Shown here one piece after another: positions 38,879-46,612 of a DNA stretch of 46,612 bases. The notes under the pieces were generated by a model. It saw only the letters and a program-made list of their open reading frames with translations, was not told the DNA's origin and made no database searches. The stretch is taken from the NCBI GenBank assembly GCA_043825735.1, contig JBDRRP010000152.1:62001-108612 (forward strand), in the 5' to 3' direction. Position 1 is the stretch's first letter, and the number at the start of each line of letters is the position of its first letter. Source of the DNA: Pseudomonadota bacterium (GTDB lineage: Bacteria; Desulfobacterota; Desulfobacteria; Desulfobacterales; JBDRRP01). The position numbers and the translations under genes are program-made.

Positions 38879-38994
38879 TGTGGTAGAATCCGCCATCCAT
38901 CGGCGATTCTGAGGAAAAGGGATGGATTCTTGTGCAATTACGGGAAGATGAAGTAATGTTGGATTTTACGACACTATTGTCGGAAAATTCATCA
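38879..38994. promoter_or_regulatory. Three candidate activator-binding palindromes (TGTCG-N7-CGACA-like)
   Basis: TGTGGTAGAATCCGCCA (38879-38895), TGTTGGATTTTACGACA (38957-38973) and TGTCGGAAAATTCATCA (38978-38994). The last two start 21 bp apart. Confidence 0.55.
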
Positions 38995-39972
38995 CTTTAC
39001 GGACTGCGTGACTTCCGATGCACTCAGGAGACGATCCAGAAGCACTTTGGTCAGCAGGGATGTGGCGTCTTGGCGCAGAGACCGCGTGAGCGGAAGCCGG
39101 ATGTCTTCGAAAGGCTTAACACTCTCGGGCCGCTTTTCGAGTTGCTGGATGAGGTGATATCCGAGCGGCGTGCTCACCACATCGCTGATCTCACCCGGAG
39201 CCAGAGCAAAAGCGGCATCGGCAAAACTCTTGGCCACATCGTCCCGGGAGAAGAAACCGATATCGCCGCCGTTTTCCGCGGAAATGTCCTGGGAATGGGC
39301 CGCGGCCACAGAAGAAAAGTCGGCGCCGCTGCCCAGCAGGTCCTTGATGTGCAGCAGCAGCCCGCGAATCTCCTTCTTTTTTGCACTATCGGCGTCTTCG
39401 GGCACCCGCAGCAGGATATGGCGCACCCGGACTTTCTCCGGGACCAAAAAGTACTGCGGGTTGCTCTCGTAGTAATAGCGCACGTCCTCATCGGTGATGT
39501 GGACCTGGGGGATTACCGTATCCTGGATCAGCTTGAAGACCAAGATGTCCTTTGCCACCTGGCGTTGCAGCGCAGCGCTGGAAATACCGTTTCGCTCTAA
39601 AACGTCTTGAAATTTTCCCCTGTTTTCAAACCGCGCCTGAAGGGATGCGATATGGGCATCCACTTCGTCCAGACGTGCACTGTACCCGCGCCGCGTTGCC
39701 TCCTGGACTGCCGCCGCCCGTCGCATGAGATTGCGCACCGCCTCCGAGCGCAGATCCGCCGCTGGCGTGTCGGTGGGAGAAAAAATCTTGGCCAGTCGCA
39801 GGGCGTCATTGAGCTCTTCAATGCTGATGACGGTACCATTCACGGTAGCGGCGATGCCGGCGGGCGTTGTTGCCTGTGCGGTGCCATTTATGATCGCGCA
39901 GCCGGCGAAAAGTACGAGCACGAGCCATGAGACGGGGCGGCGGCGAATGGGAAGCACGATACGTGTGCGCAT
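38992..39972 (-). CDS. SurA/PrsA-like parvulin (PpiC-type) peptidyl-prolyl isomerase, exported
   Basis: N-terminal hydrophobic signal, AATVNG, VRVRHILL, HSQD.SAENGGDIG, FADAAFAL and GYHLI. Confidence 0.9.
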   Translation of the reverse strand: MRTRIVLPIRRRPVSWLVLVLFAGCAIINGTAQATTPAGIAATVNGTVISIEELNDALRLAKIFSPTDTPAADLRSEAVRNLMRRAAAVQEATRRGYSARLDEVDAHIASLQARFENRGKFQDVLERNGISSAALQRQVAKDILVFKLIQDTVIPQVHITDEDVRYYYESNPQYFLVPEKVRVRHILLRVPEDADSAKKKEIRGLLLHIKDLLGSGADFSSVAAAHSQDISAENGGDIGFFSRDDVAKSFADAAFALAPGEISDVVSTPLGYHLIQQLEKRPESVKPFEDIRLPLTRSLRQDATSLLTKVLLDRLLSASEVTQSVK

Positions 39973-40166
39973 AGGCGTTCAAGGTTCCTGGATTGGTGGC
40001 AGGATGCCGCCACCGGACAGGCGGCGGCTGTCAGGCTATAGCACGATCACCGTTCGCCCGCAAACCCAATCCGCCAGCGCAATCATGGCTTGGCAGGATC
40101 GCCGGCGCGTGTTAGGACGTGACCGTCCATATCGTCGGATGGCTTTTTCAACCCGCGAGATCGCCC

Positions 40167-41822
40167 ATGAACCTCAAGCACCCCAGCATCGTTCCGCCCC
40201 AACGTCTCGTGGCCGACTGGACGGCCTTGATGCGCACCTTCATCCAGCCTGAAGACGCCGCAACCCGCCAGCGCCTGGTCAAATACATGGAGCAGATCCT
40301 CTTCGGCCTCCAGAACTTTCTGAGCGAGCACGTGGGCATCACCGAAGAGGCCAGCCTGGTCGATCTGGCCGCCCGGCACATGGATACCCAGATCCCGGAA
40401 ACCCCGGGGAAAAAACTGGCTGAAGTCATCTCCGATCTCATCGAAGACATCGCCCCCCATGCGGTTAATGTGGCCTCGCCCTATTTTATCGGCCACATGA
40501 CCTCGGCCATCCCATTTTTCATGATTCACTTGAAAACCATCGTCGCCGCCTTGAACCAGAATGTGGTTAAAGTGGAAACCTCCAAGATCGCCAGCATTGT
40601 TGAAAAACAGGTTCTGGCGCGGGTCCACCGCCTGATCTATGAAAAAGACGAAGCCTTCTACGCGCGGCATGTGCAAAACGTCCACACGACCCTGGGCAGT
40701 TTTGTCGAAGACGGCACCCTGGCCAACCTGAGCGCCCTCTGGGTCGCCAGAAACCGGCTTTTTGCCGGCAGCGGCGTGGACATCGAAGGCGACGGACTGG
40801 CCGCGGCCTGCCGGATTTCAGGCATCGATCGATGCGTGGTGCTGGTGTCCAGGATGGCCCACTACTCGCTTCAAAAAGCCGCCGGCATTCTGGGCATCGG
40901 CAACCGCAACGTGATCCCCATCGACACGGATGCACGGTTTCGGCTGGACATGAAATGCCTGAAGCGGACAATCAGCGGCCTGCAGCGCGACGCCCCCGGC
41001 ACACGGGTGCTGGCGGTGGTGGGCATCGCCGGCACAACGGAGACCGGCTCCGTGGATCCTCTCGAAGAGATGGCGGCGCTGTGCCGCCAGCACCGCATCC
41101 ATTTTCACGTGGATGCGGCATGGGGAGGACCGAGCCTCATGTCCCCCCGGCACCGACATATCCTGGCAGGCGTTGCGGAAGCCGATTCGGTGACCATTGA
41201 CGGCCACAAACAGTTTTACATGCCCATGACCTGCGGCATGGTACTTTTCAGCGACCCCTGCGCCATGGACTGCGTGGCCTATCACGCCCGCTACATCAAC
41301 CGCCCGGGCTCGGTGGATTTAGGCATCAAATCGCTGTCGGGCTCCCGTGAAGCGGTCTCGCTGATTCTGGATAGCGCGCTCAAAATCATGGGCAGTCGCG
41401 GGTATGCCCTGCTGATCGATCACGGCATCGATCTGGCAACGGCCTTTGCCGCAGAGATCCATGCCCGAGTTGGCCTGGAACTGACCTCCGCACCCGAACT
41501 CAACATCCTCACCTACCGGCTGATCCCCCCGGCCCTGGATCCGCGTCACCCGCGCCTTGCCGCTCTGGAAAAAGAACGGCGCCTGGCCGCCCTCAATCAT
41601 CTCAACGAACGGGTGCAGCGGCTGCAACGCGAGGCCGGCAAAAGCTTCGTTTCCCGGACAACCCTCCGGTTGCCTGATTTCCCTGAAGCGGAAACCGTCG
41701 TCCTGCGGTGCGTTCTGATGAACCCGCTCACCACCATGGCCATCCTCAAAGACATCCTCGATGAGCAGGAGGCGCTGGCCGAAGGCGTGCTTGCAGACAT
41801 TCTGGCCGAAGGCGCTGCGTGA
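40167..41822 (+). CDS. panP: PLP-dependent group II decarboxylase, PanP-like aspartate 1-decarboxylase
   Basis: FIGHMTSA, LNQNVVKVETSK, GTLANLSALWVARN, HYSL, GTTETGSVDPL, HVDAAWGG, DSVTIDGHKQ and GKSFVSRT. Start uncertain (40119 or 40167). Confidence 0.8.
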   Translation: MNLKHPSIVPPQRLVADWTALMRTFIQPEDAATRQRLVKYMEQILFGLQNFLSEHVGITEEASLVDLAARHMDTQIPETPGKKLAEVISDLIEDIAPHAVNVASPYFIGHMTSAIPFFMIHLKTIVAALNQNVVKVETSKIASIVEKQVLARVHRLIYEKDEAFYARHVQNVHTTLGSFVEDGTLANLSALWVARNRLFAGSGVDIEGDGLAAACRISGIDRCVVLVSRMAHYSLQKAAGILGIGNRNVIPIDTDARFRLDMKCLKRTISGLQRDAPGTRVLAVVGIAGTTETGSVDPLEEMAALCRQHRIHFHVDAAWGGPSLMSPRHRHILAGVAEADSVTIDGHKQFYMPMTCGMVLFSDPCAMDCVAYHARYINRPGSVDLGIKSLSGSREAVSLILDSALKIMGSRGYALLIDHGIDLATAFAAEIHARVGLELTSAPELNILTYRLIPPALDPRHPRLAALEKERRLAALNHLNERVQRLQREAGKSFVSRTTLRLPDFPEAETVVLRCVLMNPLTTMAILKDILDEQEALAEGVLADILAEGAA

Positions 41823-41823
41823 C

Positions 41824-41851
41824 TTGACGCGCCATCGGCGACGGGTATAGT
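41824..41851 (+). promoter_or_regulatory. Sigma70-type promoter for the ECF sigma gene
   Basis: TTGACG-16 nt-TATAGT. Confidence 0.55.
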
Positions 41852-41912
41852 TTTTCACCGATAACCGTCACACTCGGTTGAGGCAATCACACCGCCACAC
41901 AGGACACCCCCC

Positions 41913-42521
41913 ATGAACAACGATCCGTCGACCACCGCATCCGGGCCTGAAACACTGACCGAGTGGGTGGATCGATACGGCAGCTACCTTTACCGGTTTG
42001 CCCTGACGCGGGTCAAGTCTCCCCAGACGGCTGAAGACCTGGTTCAGGAGACGTTTCTGGCGGCATTGAAAGGCTGGGACGGGTTTGAAAAACGGGCTTC
42101 GGGAAAGACATGGCTCACCGCGATTTTAAAGCACAAGATCATCGATTTCATTCGTAAAGACGTGCGGGAAACGCCATCGGACCGTATCGAGGCGATGGTG
42201 GACGCCACCGATGCGCTGTTCTCGCCCAAGGGGGAGTGGTCCATGGCCCCCAAACACTGGGAAATCGATCCCGGACGCATCCTCGAGCAAAAAGAGTTCA
42301 TGACCCAGTTGGATCATTGCCTGGCGGATCTGCCCGAGCGAATGGCCCGGGCCTTCACCCTGCGAGAAATGGATGGCCTGAGCACTCCGGAGATCTGCGA
42401 GATTCTCAATATCTCCGAATCCAACAGCTGGGTCATCCTCTACCGGGCACGCATGGCCCTGAGAAAATGCCTGGAAGCAAGATGGCAAACACCGGCGCCG
42501 GCGACAGGATCGGCGGCCTGA
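41913..42521 (+). CDS. ECF RNA polymerase sigma factor
   Basis: AEDLVQETFLAA, TWLTAILKHKIID and CLADLP..FTLREMDGLSTPEIC..LYRARMAL. Confidence 0.95.
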   Translation: MNNDPSTTASGPETLTEWVDRYGSYLYRFALTRVKSPQTAEDLVQETFLAALKGWDGFEKRASGKTWLTAILKHKIIDFIRKDVRETPSDRIEAMVDATDALFSPKGEWSMAPKHWEIDPGRILEQKEFMTQLDHCLADLPERMARAFTLREMDGLSTPEICEILNISESNSWVILYRARMALRKCLEARWQTPAPATGSAA

Positions 42522-42652
42522 GCCGAGCAGACCGACGTCGATCAGATCAACGGACGCCCGGACGCGCTGTAAGGAATGGCCGCCAGCCGCGACAGAAGGC
42601 ACAGAAAGACTCAAAGAACGCCGCCCGCTGAGCGGCCGCGCGAGATGATCCA

Positions 42653-42925
42653 ATGGCAATGATGCCCACCTGCAAAGAAATGAGTGAACTGGTCTCAGGC
42701 GCCATGGAGCGAAAGCCGCCGTTTTTAAAACGCCTTTTCATGCGGCTTCATTTGCTCATGTGCCCCAACTGCGTGTCAGCACGAGAACAGGTTCGTCTGC
42801 TCCATGAAGCCGCCGGCCGGTTTGACGACTTTTGCACCCTGGAAGACCCGAATCGCAGGCTCCCCCCGGAAGTGGCCGAAAGGATCAAGGCCATGCTCAA
42901 CTGCCCGCCCACCGCGTCCGATTAG
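42653..42925 (+). CDS. Zinc-finger (zf-HC2) anti-sigma factor-like protein
   Basis: TCKE...HLLMCPNC (HxxxCxxC), downstream of the ECF sigma gene. Confidence 0.8.
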   Translation: MAMMPTCKEMSELVSGAMERKPPFLKRLFMRLHLLMCPNCVSAREQVRLLHEAAGRFDDFCTLEDPNRRLPPEVAERIKAMLNCPPTASD

Positions 42926-42938
42926 CTCCGCCTAACTC

Positions 42939-43083
42939 TGATGCCTTCGTAAAAAGTCGGAAATCACCACAGAGGACACAGAGAGCGCAGAGATAACTTG
43001 CTAATTATTATGCATATTCTCTGCGGTGCTCTGCGGTGCTCTGCGGCCTCTGTGGTCCAGAATCACTTTTTACGGTTTTATCA
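42939..43083. mobile_element. MITE-like element, same end family as 8994-9096, containing a nested inverted repeat
   Basis: Ends are tgatgccttcgtaaaaagt / actttttacggttttatca. The inner arms are accacagaggacacagagagcgcagaga / tctctgcggtgctctgcggtgctctgcggcctctgtggt. Confidence 0.7.
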
Positions 43084-43148
43084 ATCTTGGTTTGACGGGA
43101 ACCGACGCGGCGCACCAGTGCAGCGACAGTGGCTCGCCCTTAAGACGT

Positions 43149-43913
43149 TCACCCCGTCAGACGGTAGGCCAGTATTCCCAGGTATTCGTGAAGGTATCGG
43201 GCGGTGGCGTCGTAGGAGGACGGAAGAAAATCGGACCATCGGTACTCCCGGGCAACCGCCTCGAGGCCGGTGTCGCCCACGGGTCGAATCGCCAGTCCCG
43301 TAGGACCGAATGCCATCACGGCACGCTTGAGATGATCGCTCGAGGAGACCAGCAGCACCCGACCAAAACCCTTTTCCCGGCAGATGTCACTGACAAATCG
43401 TGCATTTTCGCCGGTATCCCGGGCGCGCCCTTCGGTGATGATCGCGTCCCGGGGCACCCCCAGGTCCACCAGATATCGCGCCGCCACGTCAGCCTCGGTG
43501 ATGCGCTCCCCCAGAGGGACGCCGCCGGTGACAATAATGGGTGCGCCCAGACGCCCATAGAGCTGCACGGCCGTAACGATGCGCCGGGCCATACTTTCCG
43601 AGACCACCCCCACCGCGCCGAACGGATCTCTGACGCGATCGTCCGCGCCGCCGCCCAGCACCACGATGACATCACCGGCAAGGGGGTCACCCGCGCCGGG
43701 AATATTGGAGATCAGTCCCTGTCGCATCAGATCCGACACCGGCCCGATGGCCGGCAGCCACAGTGCCACTGCAACAACGGCAGCAACCAGGGCCTGGCGC
43801 CACTTTCGCCGCACCGCCAGCACGACGGCCAGGGCAATGGCCGAAAAGACAAACACGCCCGGTGGCTTGAGGAAGGCGGCAATGATCTTTTTCAGGAAAA
43901 ACATGGTCGTCAC
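43149..43913 (-). CDS. YdcF/ElyC-like DUF218 membrane protein
   Basis: N-terminal TM segments, IVVLGGG, IIVTGG, EA, EGRARDTGENA, LVSSSDHLKRA and LHEYLG. Confidence 0.88.
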   Translation of the reverse strand: MTTMFFLKKIIAAFLKPPGVFVFSAIALAVVLAVRRKWRQALVAAVVAVALWLPAIGPVSDLMRQGLISNIPGAGDPLAGDVIVVLGGGADDRVRDPFGAVGVVSESMARRIVTAVQLYGRLGAPIIVTGGVPLGERITEADVAARYLVDLGVPRDAIITEGRARDTGENARFVSDICREKGFGRVLLVSSSDHLKRAVMAFGPTGLAIRPVGDTGLEAVAREYRWSDFLPSSYDATARYLHEYLGILAYRLTG

Positions 43914-43916
43914 CGG

Positions 43917-44867
43917 TTATATCTGCGAGTCATTGGCCACCGCCGGCACCACCCGCCGCTTCAGCCACATCAGGCCGGCGGCGAGATGCACCGCTACCAC
44001 CGCGGCCACCAATCGCGGCACCCACAACCAGAACGCCGGCAGTCCCAGGATCAAAAAGAGTGCCGGGTCCTCCACCATGGCGTGGTTGATACCGATTGAA
44101 AGATGCAAACGGTCGAGTTCTCCCGCGGGAATCCTGCCGGTGCGGGATTCCTCGACAATGACGGCGCCCCCGTAGGAAATGCCGAATATGGCTGCCGCCA
44201 GCCACATCATGCCCACGGTGTCACTCAGGCCCAGAAGGCGCAGCAGCGGACTGATCAACCGCAGGGCATCGTCGATGAGACGGTAGGCTTTCATCAGTTC
44301 GAGCACCACCATGAGCGCGGTAACGATGAAAAGAATCTTGAGGCACAGCCACGCCATTTCCCCTGCCCACTGGCGGCATGCGCTAAGAAAGGGGACGGCC
44401 ACCACGGTGAGTGCCGCCGCCGCGCTCTCGCCCAACGGCGGTAGCGTCAGAAAGGGGGCCACCGCCAGCACGGTCACCACCGATGCGCTCAACCGGACCA
44501 GAGTGGCCTTGAGCGCCGACATGCCGGATTTTCCCTGGATGATCCCTTCCTGGATCAGCGCGTGGGATATCAATAAAAAGATGGCGATCAGAATCATCTG
44601 CCCTTCGGCCAAGGGCAGCACCGCCATGGCGGCAATGGCCCCGTAGATTCCGGTGAGTATGCCGATGATCAGCGGCAGCGCGGCTTCCGGCGGCAAATGG
44701 ATCCAGCCCATGATCGGCACCAGCAGAAAGTCCATTCTGGCGAGCAGGCCGCTGGCCTGAAGGACGAACGTAAAAAAGGAGACGGGAATCAGGATCTTCA
44801 GGATCCAGAAAAAACCGCTGATTCCCCGAACGGTCCCCCGGCGAAGATGATCGATAAAAGTGCCCAT
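43917..44867 (-). CDS. Nucleoside-recognition (Gate) domain membrane protein
   Basis: Multi-TM protein with PIMGWIHLPPEA, ISHALIQE, FGISYGGAVI and HAMVEDP. Confidence 0.75.
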   Translation of the reverse strand: MGTFIDHLRRGTVRGISGFFWILKILIPVSFFTFVLQASGLLARMDFLLVPIMGWIHLPPEAALPLIIGILTGIYGAIAAMAVLPLAEGQMILIAIFLLISHALIQEGIIQGKSGMSALKATLVRLSASVVTVLAVAPFLTLPPLGESAAAALTVVAVPFLSACRQWAGEMAWLCLKILFIVTALMVVLELMKAYRLIDDALRLISPLLRLLGLSDTVGMMWLAAAIFGISYGGAVIVEESRTGRIPAGELDRLHLSIGINHAMVEDPALFLILGLPAFWLWVPRLVAAVVAVHLAAGLMWLKRRVVPAVANDSQI

Positions 44868-45762
44868 TATTTTGTCGCCCTGCGCCGCATCAAGTCCATT
44901 AAAGGCATTGTGTCATGCCCTGGCAGTGATACCTCGTCACCGCCGCGCCCGGGTGTAATGAGGTCTATCCCAAGCCGGCATCTTATACACCGAACCGCCG
45001 GAGGTGTCGACAATGACACGACCAAGGCCTGTAAGACACTGAATTAAACCGCCACCCAAAAGCGGCCCGCCCGGGGATCACCATCACTCACAATACAAAG
45101 GGGCTGTCGATGACGGTTGCCTCAAAATTGATAAATGACTATGATTACCCAAAATCCCAGCGGTGCCATTCAATCTGAAAAATGCGGTGTGTCTCTGATA
45201 AGCACATTTACAGCAGTCGTTTACACGGTGACCAAATCAACAACGAGGCGAATTTGGTTTTAAGTTCGAGCATCAGGATGGTGGAGAAAATCCCGTCGCC
45301 GCAGTCCTAGCCGCCTGCCCATGACAACGCCGCCGGCAGCAGCATGGCGGCACACGTCAACCATAGAATCGTTCTTTTAAGATGCATCCGCAGACCTGTG
45401 GTTTGTGGGTTGTATTGAATTAAAATGGTTGATTATTTTCGTTTAATTAAAAGCACTTTTTCCTGAATTTTTAAATTTTAAAAGCGTCCCCAAAGGGCCC
45501 AAAATGTCAATGCGCTCTGGCCATGAAAACGCTATATCCTCTTTTTTGGCATCAAAAAACTCATTATTGGCCCGTTTCTTGGGGGTATTTTCTTATCTTT
45601 TATCGTGATTACTTCTACTTGGCTTGGTGCGACCCCATTCCACCATTCCAGTTGGTAAAATGCCACTGCATTGCCATACTCGGTCATTGGTGCTATTTTT
45701 TACCATAAAACGATCACCCAGATGCTGATTCTCGCATCTATGTCCATTTTTGGAGGCATTCC

Positions 45763-45966
45763 ATGGGAAACATTCAATATATTTCGGATGAAACGAACGA
45801 AGTGACCGGGGTCATCGTGCCGATTGACCTTTGGCGCGAAATTATCTCTGAAAAGGAAACGGCCTACCTGCTTGGAAGCGAGGCCATGAAGCAAAGACTG
45901 CTTGCGGCAAAAAGCCGCAAAGGGGGTATTGCGTTTGACGAAGCGGTCCAAAAGCTTGGTATTTGA
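45763..45966 (+). CDS. Antitoxin (YefM/Phd-like C-terminal segment)
   Basis: GGAGG RBS and [16 protein letters not shown]. It overlaps the toxin gene. Confidence 0.8.
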   Translation: MGNIQYISDETNEVTGVIVPIDLWREIISEKETAYLLGSEAMKQRLLAAKSRKGGIAFDEAVQKLGI

Positions 45967-46204
45967 TCAATCGGCATTCGAGGATCTTGCCTGGTGGGTT
46001 GACAAAGATCGGAAGAAAGCCGTTCGCATCATAAAGCTGATTCGAGATATTCAGCGAGACCCTTTTTCAGGCCGTGGTAAACCCGAGCCACTAAAGCATG
46101 AATTGTCCGGCTGCTGGTCACGCCGCATAGACGATGAGCACCGCATAGTTTACCAAATTGAAAACGACTCCATAAGAATTCTTGCCTGCCGATACCACTA
46201 TTAG
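45935..46204 (+). CDS. yoeB: Txe/YoeB family mRNA interferase toxin
   Basis: [43 protein letters not shown] and CRYHY. TTG at 45935 after AGGGGG preferred. Confidence 0.93.
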   Translation: MTKRSKSLVFDQSAFEDLAWWVDKDRKKAVRIIKLIRDIQRDPFSGRGKPEPLKHELSGCWSRRIDDEHRIVYQIENDSIRILACRYHY

Positions 46205-46222
46205 CCCACTCAGATAACAGCA

Positions 46223-46543
46223 TCATTCCGTTGGCGCACTCAACGCCTTGCCGCCGGGCGTGGCGGCAGAGTCGGAAAGGGGCATCCGGGTGAGCAGGTT
46301 GCCGGCCTTCACCTTGATGTAGGCGCGCGTGATTTTCACCACCTCGGCCCTTTCGCTGCCGATGGCATCGCCCACCGTGACGGTGGCCGTGGCGCCGCTT
46401 CTATCCATCACCACGGCGGTGCCGGCCGCCTTGTCGGTGGCCACCACGCTCAAGGTTTCCAGATCGAAGGCCGTCAGCACTGCGCCGGCATGGGCGCTCG
46501 CAGCCAGAAAAAATACCAGCAATATGAAAATCATCTTCCGCAT
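46223..46543 (-). CDS. Small exported protein, PilP-like beta domain
   Basis: Signal peptide ending AHA, then AVVMDRSG...VTVGDAIG.E.AEVVKI, which resembles PilP. GGAGG RBS. Confidence 0.55.
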   Translation of the reverse strand: MRKMIFILLVFFLAASAHAGAVLTAFDLETLSVVATDKAAGTAVVMDRSGATATVTVGDAIGSERAEVVKITRAYIKVKAGNLLTRMPLSDSAATPGGKALSAPTE

Positions 46544-46612
46544 GGTGTCGCCCTCCAGGTTAACCGGTATTTTATAACAAGCAGTATTTCTTCAGGACAC
46601 AGTCTATTGGAC

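Noticed and set aside
43018..43056. Tandem ctctgcggtg repeats as a CRISPR or VNTR
   Set aside because: There are no spacers and only about three units; they are part of the nested MITE arm. No CRISPR array, tRNA or rRNA was recognised anywhere in the window.
44868..45060. Riboswitch upstream of the Gate-domain gene
   Set aside because: Short hairpins are present, but I recognise no aptamer consensus. An Rfam scan would be needed.
45307..45309. TAG as a pyrrolysine read-through codon
   Set aside because: The downstream frame is short and unrecognisable, and there is no pyl evidence in the window.

Overview
GC-rich chromosomal window that looks like a sulfate-reducing deltaproteobacterium (Desulfobacterales-like; inferred from gene content only). 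Two minus-strand heterodisulfide-reductase/methylene-THF-reductase loci flank a roughly 14 kb lower-GC accessory island. The right locus is hdrA-mvhD(+C-terminal extension)-hdrA-mvhD-hdrD-like-metV-metF. The left locus is a sigma54-driven divergent metF followed by a large HdrL-type gene running off the window edge. The ORF track splits six of these genes at in-frame TGA codons. Each TGA sits at a conserved Cys position and is followed after 14-15 nt by a hairpin with GG in the loop, so they are best read as selenocysteine codons with bacterial SECIS elements. The island holds a decayed IS1595-family element broken by a MITE, an IetAS-like AAA ATPase/S8 protease pair, and a very AT-rich Liv-type ABC transporter with an EgtD-like methyltransferase and a small membrane protein embedded in it. 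It ends with a RiPP-type B12/radical SAM enzyme and a candidate precursor peptide. Right of the hdr operon are a Rossmann/PAS histidine kinase, a sigma54 regulator, an archaemetzincin, a 33-bp inverted-repeat element and two Cys-repeat GcvH-like proteins lacking the lipoyl lysine. Then come a PpiC-type PPIase, panP, an ECF sigma/anti-sigma pair, DUF218 and Gate-domain proteins, a YefM/YoeB-type TA pair and a PilP-like protein. All family calls come from reading motifs by eye; no database searches were run.
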